A stretch of 64,000 nucleotides of DNA from positions 39,439-103,438 of the forward strand of contig CAWGHH010000005.1 in NCBI GenBank assembly GCA_963822405.1, in the 5' to 3' direction. Below the pieces are notes generated by a model, which saw only the letters and a program-made list of their open reading frames with translations, did no database searches and had not been told where the DNA came from. Below, piece by piece: positions 54,864-64,000 of the stretch. The position numbers and the translations under genes were made by a program. How positions within the stretch are numbered: the stretch's first letter is position 1; every line of letters begins with the position of its first letter. The DNA is from Candidatus Uhrbacteria bacterium. GTDB taxonomy: Bacteria; Patescibacteriota; Patescibacteriia; UBA9934.

Positions 54864-56066
54864 TTGAAGAAACCGTCAGCCGCCTTAACCGCAAACAAAG
54901 GGCGGTCAGCATTAACGATCCTTGGCATTGTCATCGGCATCAGCTCAGTCATCACCATGGTGTCCGTTGGCCAGGGCTCCAAACAAAACATCGAGAACAG
55001 CATTCAGTCACTCGGCGCGAATCTCATTATGGTCACTCCTGGTGCCGAACGTGGAGTTGGCGTCACCGTCTCCGCTGGTCGAGGTAGTGCAAAATCCTTA
55101 ACAGAAGATGACGCATCCGCTATCGCACAACTCTCCGGCGTCTCCGCAGTTTCGCCGGAAATCTCTGGCCGATACCAAATCACCGCCAAAGGCACAAATA
55201 CGAATGTCTCCGTCGTTGGCGTGACTGAAGCCTATCCGGCCGTCCGAAATGTTTCAGTGGCTGACGGCGTATTCATAGTAAACAGTCAAAATACCGGCTC
55301 GACTAAAGTAGCGGTCATTGGACCAACCGTTCAAACTGATCTATTCGGCGAAGGAGGTTCAGCCCTCGGCCAAAAAATTCGCATCAAAGGCAATGAATTT
55401 ACAGTGATCGGAATTCTCGCTGCAAAAGGTGGCAGTAGCTTCAACAGCCAAGATGACATGGTCTTCGTTCCGCTCAAAACCGCCGAACGCCTACTCTCCG
55501 GCGACAAGTATGTGACAAGTATCAACGTGCAGGCAGCCAACGCGGATGTAATGTCAGATGTGCAGGCCACAATCACTTCCACATTACTTGACCTCCATCA
55601 CATCAGTGATCCAACTGCCGCCGATTTCTCAACCGTAAACCAATCCGATATCGTTTCCTCGGCCTCAAGTATCACAAGCACGCTGACCTCACTTCTTGCG
55701 GCCGTGGCCGGCATCTCACTCCTAGTTGGCGGAATCGGCATCATGAACATGATGCTCACAAACGTCACCGAGCGCACAAGAGAAATCGGCTTACGCAAAG
55801 CGATCGGAGCGACACGAGCCGAAATCAGTCAACAATTCTTGCTTGAAGCCGTAATTCTCACGACAGTCGGCGGAGTGATTGGTATCATTCTCGGCGTCGG
55901 ACTCGGTATGGCGCTATCGGCCTTGCACATTGTGTCCGCTGTCACCTCACTGCCGTCAGTTCTCCTGGCGTTCGGCGTTTCGGCCGGGATTGGTCTCATC
56001 TTCGGCTACTACCCGGCCAAACAAGCGGCCGGTTTAAATCCAATCGTCGCCTTAAGATACGAATAA
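54864..56066 (+). CDS. ABC transporter permease, FtsX/MacB type
   Basis: TTG start. N-terminal TM, large periplasmic MacB_PCD-like domain, and C-terminal FtsX four-helix region (MNMMLTNVTERTREIGLRKAIGA). Confidence 0.75.
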   Translation: MKKPSAALTANKGRSALTILGIVIGISSVITMVSVGQGSKQNIENSIQSLGANLIMVTPGAERGVGVTVSAGRGSAKSLTEDDASAIAQLSGVSAVSPEISGRYQITAKGTNTNVSVVGVTEAYPAVRNVSVADGVFIVNSQNTGSTKVAVIGPTVQTDLFGEGGSALGQKIRIKGNEFTVIGILAAKGGSSFNSQDDMVFVPLKTAERLLSGDKYVTSINVQAANADVMSDVQATITSTLLDLHHISDPTAADFSTVNQSDIVSSASSITSTLTSLLAAVAGISLLVGGIGIMNMMLTNVTERTREIGLRKAIGATRAEISQQFLLEAVILTTVGGVIGIILGVGLGMALSALHIVSAVTSLPSVLLAFGVSAGIGLIFGYYPAKQAAGLNPIVALRYE

Positions 56067-56075
56067 TTAATACCT

Positions 56076-56516
56076 ATGAAAACTCAAATCATCGTTGGTA
56101 CGGCAGTCTGTGCAATCGTCCTCTCTGGTGGCTCATTTTTCGGTGGCATGCAATATGAAAAATCACACTTGCCAAACGGCGTAGTAGCCGGTGCGTTTTC
56201 TGGTCGAGGCGGAATCGGTGGCGAGTTCCCCGGTGGTATGCCGGGAGGCACTCGAGCAAAAACTGGTGGAATGGGTGGCGCGGGATTTATTGCCGGCGAA
56301 GTGCTCGCCATTGACGACCAATCGGTAACCATCAAACTCCCGGACGGCGGATCAAAGATTGTTTACTACTCCGATTCCACGCAAATCATGAAAAGTGACG
56401 CCGGAACAAAAACCGATCTAACAGTTGGTGCCCAAGTAACAACTACTGGTACAGCTAACGCCGATGGCACGTCTACCGCTCAATCTATTCAAATTCGACC
56501 AGCTACTATAAAATAG
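56076..56516 (+). CDS. secreted Gly-rich hypothetical protein
   Basis: Signal/[21 protein letters not shown], then GG-rich repeats. Confidence 0.4.
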   Translation: MKTQIIVGTAVCAIVLSGGSFFGGMQYEKSHLPNGVVAGAFSGRGGIGGEFPGGMPGGTRAKTGGMGGAGFIAGEVLAIDDQSVTIKLPDGGSKIVYYSDSTQIMKSDAGTKTDLTVGAQVTTTGTANADGTSTAQSIQIRPATIK

Positions 56517-56522
56517 TGGCAT

Positions 56523-57816
56523 ATGAAAATTCGTGGCTGGTTAATCACTGGGCTATTTTTACTTCTCCCAAGCATTCTCTGGCTCATCAAAAACCCCATT
56601 GACTTCTCCGCCACTAGCTCATTCGCCTACTCTCTTGGCCAATTTCTTGGCATCCTTGGCTTTGCACTCTTCACCCTTTCGCTCGTCCTCTCACTCCGTC
56701 TTCCCTTCTTCGAGCGTATCTTTGGGAACCTCGCTATGTCTTACCGTTTTCACCAATGGTCAGGCGTGATTGCAACGGCTCTCCTCATCCTCCATCCAAT
56801 TCTACTCGCCGTGCCAACTGCACTGTATTTCCCGACTAAGCTAGTGGGATTCTTCTTATCACCACACATTTTTACACTTCTTGGAACTATTGGTCTCATT
56901 GTCCTCGTCATCAGCATCATAGTCACTCTCTTCATAAATCTCCCTTATCACATCTGGCGACAGCTTCACCGCTTCCTAGCTATCGCGTTCCTCCTTGGTG
57001 CACTCCATGGATTCTATGTCACCGGCGCAATCCAGTTTTCGCCAATGTCTCGTGCTCTCTTGGGTATCTTTGGTCTAGCCGGCCTAATCGCCATTTTTGT
57101 TCGAGTGATTTTTAAAAAACATTTACTCCGCCGAACCAAGTTTACACTCGACCAAATCAAAGTCGACGGCACGATCATCACGCTCATCTTGAAGCCGATA
57201 AACAAACCGCTCACTTTTAAGGCTGGTCAATTCGTCTACCTGGCCATTCACGATCCATCCATAGTCGACGAGCACCCATTCTCCATCGTTTCTAAAGAAG
57301 GCGACGCAAATCTAGTCATCATGGCTAAAATGTTAGGCGACGACACAAACAAATTTGGCAGTCTAAAACCTGGAACGCTTGTTGATGTCGAAGGTCCGAT
57401 TCGGAAACTTCTCCTACGCGCTTGGTGGCAAACGTCAGCTCTGGATTGGCGGAGGTATCGGCATCACTCCGTTCCTATCCCTCGCCGCCTCGCTTCCCGC
57501 TGGATACACCATCGACCTCTACTATTCAGTAAAGGCGAAGGGCGAAGAAGTCGGCAACGATCTCCTCTTGGCGGCTGCCGGTAATTATCCTGGCCTCAAA
57601 ATTCACCTTTGGATTACAGCTGACAAAGGCTATCTCTCTTTGGCTGGCATTAAAAATGACGGTCTCGATCTTACCCAAATCGACGACGTTCTAGTGTGCG
57701 GCCCAAGTGTCATGATGTGCGCGCTCGAAGCTGACTGCAGTAAAAACAACATCAAACCAAGCCATATCCACACCGAAAAGTTCGCCACACGCACTCTCCT
57801 CCCAGCAAAAAAGTAA
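56523..57816 (+). CDS. ferric-reductase-like transmembrane oxidoreductase (FRD TM domain, FAD- and NAD-binding), apparent +1 frameshift near 57399
   Basis: ORF 56523.. carries six TM helices with His pairs, then HPFSIVS and VDVEGP. ORF 57379..57816 in another frame continues FGNFSY...LWIGGGIGITPFLSL (NAD-binding). The frame junction is at ccgAttc. Confidence 0.7.
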
Positions 57817-57890
57817 TAAGGGGACTAATTATCCGTTACCTCGCGAAGATTTGTTATACTCTTTAACAAATTATTATCTTTAATTTTTGT

Positions 57891-60800
57891 ATGCATCAAG
57901 CATCAACATTTCGCCTTGCTCGAACGCGTTCAATCATAAGCGCGGTCATCGTTCTTTTCGCTATAACTTCTTCAGTTTTTCTAACCAAAACTTCCCCAGC
58001 GCTGGCCGCGGCAGGAGATGGAGCATCAAGTGGCATCACCCTACAAGACACTAATGCCAACGGAAAACTTGACCAAATCATTTTCAACGTAGCCAATCCA
58101 AACGGTGAAACATGGAGACTCCAAGGAGCAATGCCTTACGGCCTAGTTGTCACCCAAGGTGGAGCAGATATCACCATCACTGGTGTTACTCTTACCACAG
58201 CCGCTACAGCTCCCTCGGTTGGTGTTCAAGTCAGTCTAAGTGAAGGTGATGCTGACCTTTTAGTGAATACAGACAGCGTTGTTGGCAATGCTATGGAACT
58301 AAGCTACGCCCAAGTAACCTGGGCTACCTGTGACGTAGGTGCAACACCAAGCATTTGTGACGCCATAGACGAAGAATTAAATGCTATTGCAACTGGAGAT
58401 GGCGCCGGTGCAGTTAATACTGAAATCGATGGCGCTAAACCAGTCCTAATCAGTATGAACATGGGCGTTGTTTCAAATATAAATGTACTACGTTTTATCT
58501 ATTCAGAATCGATGACCGTTACGGATGGCGCTTCCACAACTACAAAAGGAGATATTACAGCGGCAGGTGTAGTAGCCGGGTTTGGCACCTTCGTTACTGC
58601 CGGTACCCCGGGCAATGTGACTGTGCCGACAATAAAAAATACTATCAGTGGAAGCGGCTCTACTCAATTGACAGTCAGCTTAGCCGCTCAAAATGGCGGC
58701 TTCATGTATTCAACCTCAACAACCGAACCAAGCGGTGTTTTCACGCCGGTTGATAGCGCCCAAGTTACAGACTCCGCCCTCACCCCACTTCATGTAAACG
58801 TAGCGGGAACACCAACAGTATCAGGTGGTGGCACCTGGGATCTTACAAGACCAACGATCACCTCCGTCACCCTTGGCGATGTTGCCACAACACCCAACGG
58901 AAAAGTTGATCAAGCTACTCTAGTATTTAACTCCAACATGCGAGATTCAAGCCTTACCAGTGCTGATGCTGCATTAGGCGGAGGTGCCGGTACCTTCGAC
59001 ACTCTCAGCGCAAATGATGCGACCACAGTCTTTAACATCACGGCCGATACGCTCGCAACAAACACGTCAGCCACAGCAGCTCAGTTCACCTACAGTGCAG
59101 CCACCACTCCAATTACTGACCTTGCCGGAAACCTACTCGTCACAGCTGACGACCTAACCATTGCCGCGGGTGATATCGTAGAAACAGATGGCGCAGCCCC
59201 AGTGCTAACAGCCGTAGACGTAAACATAGTCGACGGCGCAGATACTATCGAACTTCATTACTCTGAACCAATTCAAGTTTCTAACGGTGGAGCATTCAGC
59301 ACCGTCTCTGTTGTGAGCAGTGCCACTCTCGGAGCAATGACTACCGCAAAAACCCTCGAAAACATTGCTACTTTCAATGGTGCAAGTGACATGACAGCCA
59401 GTATCGCCACTGGCAACAGCCTGCTCGTTACAAATACCTCGTCTACCGGACTCCTACAAATAGAGATGAACCAGGCAGGAACAGGAGCCTACTTTAGCGC
59501 CGGCACAACAGCTCCAACCACGGATACCTATACTCCGCTTTCTGACGTAACTAGAATCAAAGATTTAGTAGGAATCGCTGTCAACGCCTCAGCTTCACCT
59601 GTTGTTGCTACCGTTGCCTCAGCCTGGGATATAACCAAGCCAACCATCTCTTCTGTCACCATTTCCGACGCCGATGCTGATGGTCGGATTGATACCGCTA
59701 CTGTAGTTTTCAACAAAGCCATGAATGATTCACGGTTTACCAACAGCAATGGATCATTAGGCGCCGGAGCCGGAACCTTCTCAACGGGCGTTACCCCAAA
59801 TGACGCAACAACGATTTTTACCCTCACCTCTGACACGCTCGCTGTCAATACCTCGGCCACAGCCGCCCAATTTGGCTACTCAGCCGTCACCACAAAACTA
59901 GCCGACCTACTAGGAAACCTGGTGAATACCGCCGTTGATGGAGCCGTTGCAGACGCTGACATAGTAGAAACAGACGGTGCATCACCAGTAGTCGTCTCTG
60001 TCTCCCCGGCAAACGGAACTACCGGTGTCATCAGAACATCACAGTCGCTCGTTATCACTTTCTCAGAAGCCATGAATACAACGTTTGCAGAAGCCACCCA
60101 ATTCACCATTACCCCTGACCCAACCGGCTCACAAACCGCGGTCTGGTCAGTCGGCAACACCATCGCCACCATTGCCCTACCAACACTTACCGCTAGCCAG
60201 CTCTACGCCGTAACCACAGCACAGGCCACTATCAATGCAGCGTCTGGCTCACCTACTGTGCTGGTAACAACAGGTCCGTCCACCGGCGACTGGTCATTCA
60301 CTGCGGCTGGTACTGGCTCCAGTAGCAGTAGCGGGTCGTCCAGCCTCTCACACTCTGTCATGGTCAATTCGCCAAACGGTGGTCAGACTTACCATGCCGG
60401 TGAATTGAATTCCATCACTTGGTCGAGCTCAAACGTTAGCAGTGTTAATTTGTCCTACGCTACCTCAAACACAGGAACCTACACATCTATCGCTACTGGT
60501 CTAGCTAGCAGCGGTTCATATAACTGGACAGTGCCGAACGTTTCTAGCACAGATGTGTACATCAAGGTCGAAGGCTACGATCTAAATACCCTTCTAGCTA
60601 CTGACGTATCAGACTCAGCTCTCACTATCATTGGTACAGTTGTAGTTCCTGCCCCAACAGCCCCACAGAATCAACCAAGCACTGGCACTGGAGTTTCACC
60701 TTTCACTGGTCTTCCGGAAGTCATCAACGTAGTTACCGCTGGCGATGTTCTCCGTGGTGAGCACTACTCTACCGTGTATTACATTGACTCAAGCATGAAG

Positions 60801-61181
60801 CGCCGACCGTTCCAGGACACACAAACTTACTACACGCACTACAGTTCCTTCAGCAACGTCCGCACAGTAACTGACGCCACGCTCAGCACGCTCACTATGG
60901 GCAAGCCAATGTTGCCAAAGGCTGGAGTAATACTGGTCAAAATCGTTTCCGATCCACGTGTTTATGCCCTCCAGACAAGCTATGACGGCTTGCATGAAAC
61001 CTTGCTCCGTTGGATCCCAAGCGAGACAGTCGCTCAGACTCTCTACGGTGCATCATGGGCTGACTACGTGATTGACATCCCTTCCACGCTCTACACTCAC
61101 TTCGGTGCCGGTTCAGACATGACTAGCTCTGACACAGTTGACCGCGGTGGTATGCAAACCCGCGCTCATGTGAATCGATAG
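57891..61181 (+). CDS. large secreted repeat-rich surface protein (1096 aa, Thr/Ala/Ser/Gly-rich, tandem ~130-aa repeats, conserved C-terminal domain)
   Basis: Signal peptide. Internal repeats TPNGKVDQATLVFNSNMRDS...IVETDGAAPV versus DADGRIDTATVVFNKAMNDS...IVETDGASPV. C-terminal domain shared with the pseudogene at 45343-46325. Confidence 0.7.
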   Translation: MHQASTFRLARTRSIISAVIVLFAITSSVFLTKTSPALAAAGDGASSGITLQDTNANGKLDQIIFNVANPNGETWRLQGAMPYGLVVTQGGADITITGVTLTTAATAPSVGVQVSLSEGDADLLVNTDSVVGNAMELSYAQVTWATCDVGATPSICDAIDEELNAIATGDGAGAVNTEIDGAKPVLISMNMGVVSNINVLRFIYSESMTVTDGASTTTKGDITAAGVVAGFGTFVTAGTPGNVTVPTIKNTISGSGSTQLTVSLAAQNGGFMYSTSTTEPSGVFTPVDSAQVTDSALTPLHVNVAGTPTVSGGGTWDLTRPTITSVTLGDVATTPNGKVDQATLVFNSNMRDSSLTSADAALGGGAGTFDTLSANDATTVFNITADTLATNTSATAAQFTYSAATTPITDLAGNLLVTADDLTIAAGDIVETDGAAPVLTAVDVNIVDGADTIELHYSEPIQVSNGGAFSTVSVVSSATLGAMTTAKTLENIATFNGASDMTASIATGNSLLVTNTSSTGLLQIEMNQAGTGAYFSAGTTAPTTDTYTPLSDVTRIKDLVGIAVNASASPVVATVASAWDITKPTISSVTISDADADGRIDTATVVFNKAMNDSRFTNSNGSLGAGAGTFSTGVTPNDATTIFTLTSDTLAVNTSATAAQFGYSAVTTKLADLLGNLVNTAVDGAVADADIVETDGASPVVVSVSPANGTTGVIRTSQSLVITFSEAMNTTFAEATQFTITPDPTGSQTAVWSVGNTIATIALPTLTASQLYAVTTAQATINAASGSPTVLVTTGPSTGDWSFTAAGTGSSSSSGSSSLSHSVMVNSPNGGQTYHAGELNSITWSSSNVSSVNLSYATSNTGTYTSIATGLASSGSYNWTVPNVSSTDVYIKVEGYDLNTLLATDVSDSALTIIGTVVVPAPTAPQNQPSTGTGVSPFTGLPEVINVVTAGDVLRGEHYSTVYYIDSSMKRRPFQDTQTYYTHYSSFSNVRTVTDATLSTLTMGKPMLPKAGVILVKIVSDPRVYALQTSYDGLHETLLRWIPSETVAQTLYGASWADYVIDIPSTLYTHFGAGSDMTSSDTVDRGGMQTRAHVNR

Positions 61182-61208
61182 TTAATAAACAAAAGTGACC
61201 GATCGCGA

Positions 61209-61264
61209 GGAAATGCCAGGAGGTAACTTGCCCGTAGGCTTAGCCGAGGGTCCGACTCCATTTC
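61209..61264 (+). repeat. hairpin repeat containing AGGAGGT, copy 1 (long form)
   Basis: GGAAATGccaggaggtaa-[25-nt insert]-ccgactcCATTTC. Short form at 61980-62012. Confidence 0.5.
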
Positions 61265-61317
61265 TGAACAACCGGTCACTTTTGTTTTCCAGGGATAATC
61301 CCGTATACTCAGCTCAT

Positions 61318-61941
61318 ATGACCCCCTTTCGACAGATAATCTCCCCAGTTCTCATGAGTGTGATCGGAATCGCCCTTGGCTATGTCTTGGCGCAAAAGCC
61401 AAGCACGTCACCGAGCATTCCAAATGCAGTTGAAGGCTGGCAGTCTTACACGGACGCCACAAATGGTTTTACTCTCAACTTCCCCCTCGCCGAGACACAG
61501 CGTCCTTTTAATGGCGAGCCGACTACTGACCTCGCAAAAGGCCAAGTGTCGCTCCCTGACGCAGTGGGTAATAAAGAAAGGTGGCTAGAAGTCTCCGTGC
61601 TCAACGCCGATAGCACACATCTAGATAACAATAAATGTTTTATTATCAACGACGAACAAAAAACCAATAACCGATTCTTTGATAGTCGAAGATTTTGTCA
61701 GTCAATTTCCGAGGAAGGCGCAGCTGGCAGTACATACAGAACCGATATTTATACGACCAAAATTGGTGATAACTACGCCGTCCTCAAGTTCACTTCCCGC
61801 CACACTAATGACGTCCACGTCTATGGAGACTGCGAACAAGACATGGATCTAGCTAAGCCCCTCTGTCAGAACTATGCTTTCGATCCTATCCGCGATCTAA
61901 AACTCTTTGACGATATCGCAGCCACTTTAACCGTAAAATAA
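61318..61941 (+). CDS. membrane-anchored extracytoplasmic hypothetical protein
   Basis: Start at MTPFRQIISPVLMSVIGIALGYVLA (TM). Upstream part of the listed ORF overlaps the repeat. Confidence 0.45.
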   Translation: MTPFRQIISPVLMSVIGIALGYVLAQKPSTSPSIPNAVEGWQSYTDATNGFTLNFPLAETQRPFNGEPTTDLAKGQVSLPDAVGNKERWLEVSVLNADSTHLDNNKCFIINDEQKTNNRFFDSRRFCQSISEEGAAGSTYRTDIYTTKIGDNYAVLKFTSRHTNDVHVYGDCEQDMDLAKPLCQNYAFDPIRDLKLFDDIAATLTVK

Positions 61942-61979
61942 CCCTCGCCATAAAGGAAACCAAAAAAACAACCTTTCAA

Positions 61980-62012
61980 GGAAATGCCAGGAGGTAATCC
62001 GACTCCATTTCC
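61980..62012 (+). repeat. hairpin repeat, copy 2 (short form)
   Basis: GGAAATGccaggaggtaatccgactcCATTTCC, 7-bp stem. Confidence 0.5.
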
Positions 62013-62042
62013 GAGAGAGGTTGTTCTTTTGGTTTTCAAACC

Positions 62043-62255
62043 TTACTTCTTCTTCGCGCTACAGCATCCGCACATCCCTCCCATGAGCTTCATGAGTCCG
62101 ATGATGATCAAACCTATTGGCCAAATCATGGCCACGGTTGCTGCCGGAAGTGTGCCGGTGGCTTGAAGTAAAAACGCAACACCGATCAGGATGATAATAA
62201 TCGGCTTAATCTTGTGATGCGGACAGGCACACATACCTCCTTCCATGTTACACAT
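62043..62255 (-). CDS. small Cys-rich membrane protein (70 aa)
   Basis: Two TM helices flanked by CACPHH and MCGCCSAKKK. Confidence 0.35.
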   Translation of the reverse strand: MCNMEGGMCACPHHKIKPIIIILIGVAFLLQATGTLPAATVAMIWPIGLIIIGLMKLMGGMCGCCSAKKK

Positions 62256-62350
62256 AGAAAATATAGTAAAGAATTAGCCTCAACTATTATACCCCCGCTT
62301 CCCGCTTGCCCACCCGCCTATCCCATGCTAACCTATGGCTCGAAACTTGT

Positions 62351-62426
<76 letters not shown>

Positions 62427-62558
62427 CAAAGCACTTCTCGTCAATTCGAGGAGTTTTTTGTTTGATTAAATTTTTTCTGTAAATAGAAAAGCCCCGCACT
62501 GAGAGCGACGTCCCGAATGGGATCAGTCGAGCTCACACGGGGCGATACCTTCTGCCGA

Positions 62559-63131
62559 CTACCGCTTTGCGGTGCGCAGATGGCTGAAGTAGAGTTTTGC
62601 CGGTTGGTTGCTGCTAATCTCGAGAATCTTTTCCATTCGTTCATTACTGACGAGACCGAGTTTTCGGCCGACGATGACGCACAGCATCTCGTCGAACAGC
62701 GGAAAACCAGGGAAAGCCGAGCAAGAGAAGATCATGTCCTCTATACCCGGGTATCCACAGTAAATTGCTCCAGCCTCGACCCGCTCTCCCTCAGTATCCG
62801 ACCGCCAGGGGTTTCCGTGGGGATCCAAGTGGATTTGCACACTTGAATTACGGAAGGGATCGTTCGCTAGTAACCTCAGTTTGTCATGGGCGTTCGTGAC
62901 CACTATCTTTATATGATCCCACCTTCCGGTATTGCCGAACGCGAAGCCGACGATCGGACAAGGAACACACATAGGTTCCGGCGGTCTGCCGAAAACGAAC
63001 CAGCCACCGTCTGATTCCGAGCCCGCTTTCTTAGCGAGCGGAACGACAATCCTAGCCGTCTCCTCAACAAGCAAAGAGAGAATCTCTGTCGCACGAACAA
63101 TTGAGCATGACATCAATTCTGCGTCTTGCAC
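62559..63131 (-). CDS. hypothetical protein (190 aa) immediately downstream of tRNA-Thr
   Basis: Moderately GC-rich ORF with no recognisable family. Confidence 0.4.
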   Translation of the reverse strand: MQDAELMSCSIVRATEILSLLVEETARIVVPLAKKAGSESDGGWFVFGRPPEPMCVPCPIVGFAFGNTGRWDHIKIVVTNAHDKLRLLANDPFRNSSVQIHLDPHGNPWRSDTEGERVEAGAIYCGYPGIEDMIFSCSAFPGFPLFDEMLCVIVGRKLGLVSNERMEKILEISSNQPAKLYFSHLRTAKR

Positions 63132-63231
63132 GGTACCTCCAAATCAAAGCTAAATGTGAGCGCCAATACACACACTACAAATGTTCGGAACGACAAAAAC
63201 ACTAACAGAAAAAATTCATGAGAGCAAACAA

Positions 63232-63852
63232 TTACAAAAGTAATGAAAGTTTATCAAAAATTCTTTGATACACCTCTTCTGCCGTCCCAGTCGCATCAAC
63301 AACCTCCCACTTATCCTTGAAAAGCGGGTGCTCGGCGAGAGTTTTATAGCCCTCCGCACAACGAGCATGAAAATCAGCCGGCATGGTTTCGAATTTATCA
63401 CCTGGAGCATCAAATGTTCGTTTGAGTGAGATCGAGGGGTCAACTCGAAGCTCAAGGAACATGTCAGGTATTAGTCCTTCAATAGCTGGACGGTTGATTT
63501 CAAGGATCTTTTCGAGCCCTAACCCTCGACCAAAACCCTGCCAGGCAATACTCGTTGCAAAGCTACGGTCAGCAACAACTATGCCCCCGTGAGCAAGAAC
63601 AGGCGCAACAACAGCACGCAAGGACTGAGCTCTAGCGGACGCGTAAAGATACGCCTCGCACACAGGGTCCATCACCTCTTCAAACGGCGTGGCTTGCGCC
63701 AGAAGTCGAATAGCCTCCGCAATAGCACTTCCGCCTGGTTCACGAGTCCACAAGACCTCCCTACCCGGATACCGCTTTTTCAACTCATCCACAAGGCGTG
63801 TTGATTGGGTAGTTTTCCCTGAACCTAATAGACCTTCAAAGACTATGTACAT
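63232..63852 (-). CDS. tmk: thymidylate kinase
   Basis: MYIVFEGLLGSGKTTQ P-loop, TREPGGS, and an LID region. Confidence 0.85.
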   Translation of the reverse strand: MYIVFEGLLGSGKTTQSTRLVDELKKRYPGREVLWTREPGGSAIAEAIRLLAQATPFEEVMDPVCEAYLYASARAQSLRAVVAPVLAHGGIVVADRSFATSIAWQGFGRGLGLEKILEINRPAIEGLIPDMFLELRVDPSISLKRTFDAPGDKFETMPADFHARCAEGYKTLAEHPLFKDKWEVVDATGTAEEVYQRIFDKLSLLL

Positions 63853-63887
63853 ATATTATAATCTGCTTCGTTTGATATACTATCCGC

Positions 63888-64000
63888 ATGGCAACAATTA
63901 ATCAGATCCAAACTCTATCCGTGATCGAATGGTACACAATCAAAGAATTGAGCGCGAGAGAAATAGCTGACAAACTCAACATCGGACTAGATGCGGTCTA
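63888..64000 (+). CDS. partial ORF, possible HTH-domain protein (runs off window)
   Basis: MATINQIQTLSVIEWYTIKELSAREIADKLNIGLDAV is HTH-like. Not in the ORF track because it has no stop. Confidence 0.25.
   Translation, partial: MATINQIQTLSVIEWYTIKELSAREIADKLNIGLDAV

Noticed and set aside
54794-54900. Alternative ATG at 54845 ([14 protein letters not shown]...) as an ancestral FtsX-permease start implying another frameshift at cttAacc
   Set aside because: The N-terminus resembles FtsX permeases, but the in-frame TTG start at 54864 (KKPSAALTANKGRSALTILGIVIG) already gives a plausible protein. Reads are needed to decide.

Overview
This window reads as a small-genome, roughly 50% GC bacterial chromosome segment, possibly Patescibacteria/Saccharibacteria-like: it has a gram-positive-type wall set (WecA/TagO-type GT4 transferase, LCP protein, GtrA/GT2/GT-C trio) and few biosynthetic genes. 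Gene density is high. Recognisable core genes include murI (partial), a NUDIX hydrolase, secA, murC, hpf, murB, glyA, folD, dnaB, ybaB-recR, rplU, tgt, a TrmH-family methyltransferase, rpmB, hup, htrA, gpsA, an SPFH protein, an ABC-F ATPase, pyrH, a MacA/MacB/FtsX efflux set, tmk, and tRNA-Trp(CCA) and tRNA-Thr(GGU). The standout feature is a complete diversity-generating retroelement (DGR) at about 35.5-38.2 kb. It comprises a reverse transcriptase with the DGR-diagnostic GNLTSQ motif and YxDD box, an Avd-like four-helix-bundle gene on the opposite strand, and a 116-bp template repeat (TR) whose coding sense is Asn(AAC)-rich. The C-terminal variable repeat (VR) of a 271-aa target gene differs from the TR at 14 positions, every one an adenine in the TR sense strand. 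The target gene is GC-rich and driven by a near-consensus sigma70 promoter. A near-identical ~55-bp copy of that promoter block sits in front of a second GC-rich island gene at 24.3 kb, and a related promoter precedes a third island gene at 6.9 kb. Other notable items: (1) several short hairpin repeat families with stem covariation; (2) a DUF559 endonuclease-like gene bracketed by 23-bp inverted palindromes; (3) an ~88-nt structured repeat just upstream of recR and of the WecA-like gene; (4) a GC-rich island of four terminator-separated small genes; (5) apparent single-base frameshifts in secA, glyA and a ferric-reductase-like gene (two at G/C homopolymers); (6) a decayed region holding a frameshifted C-terminal paralog fragment of the 1096-aa repeat-rich surface protein plus a truncated cupin gene. 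No rRNA genes or CRISPR arrays were seen.
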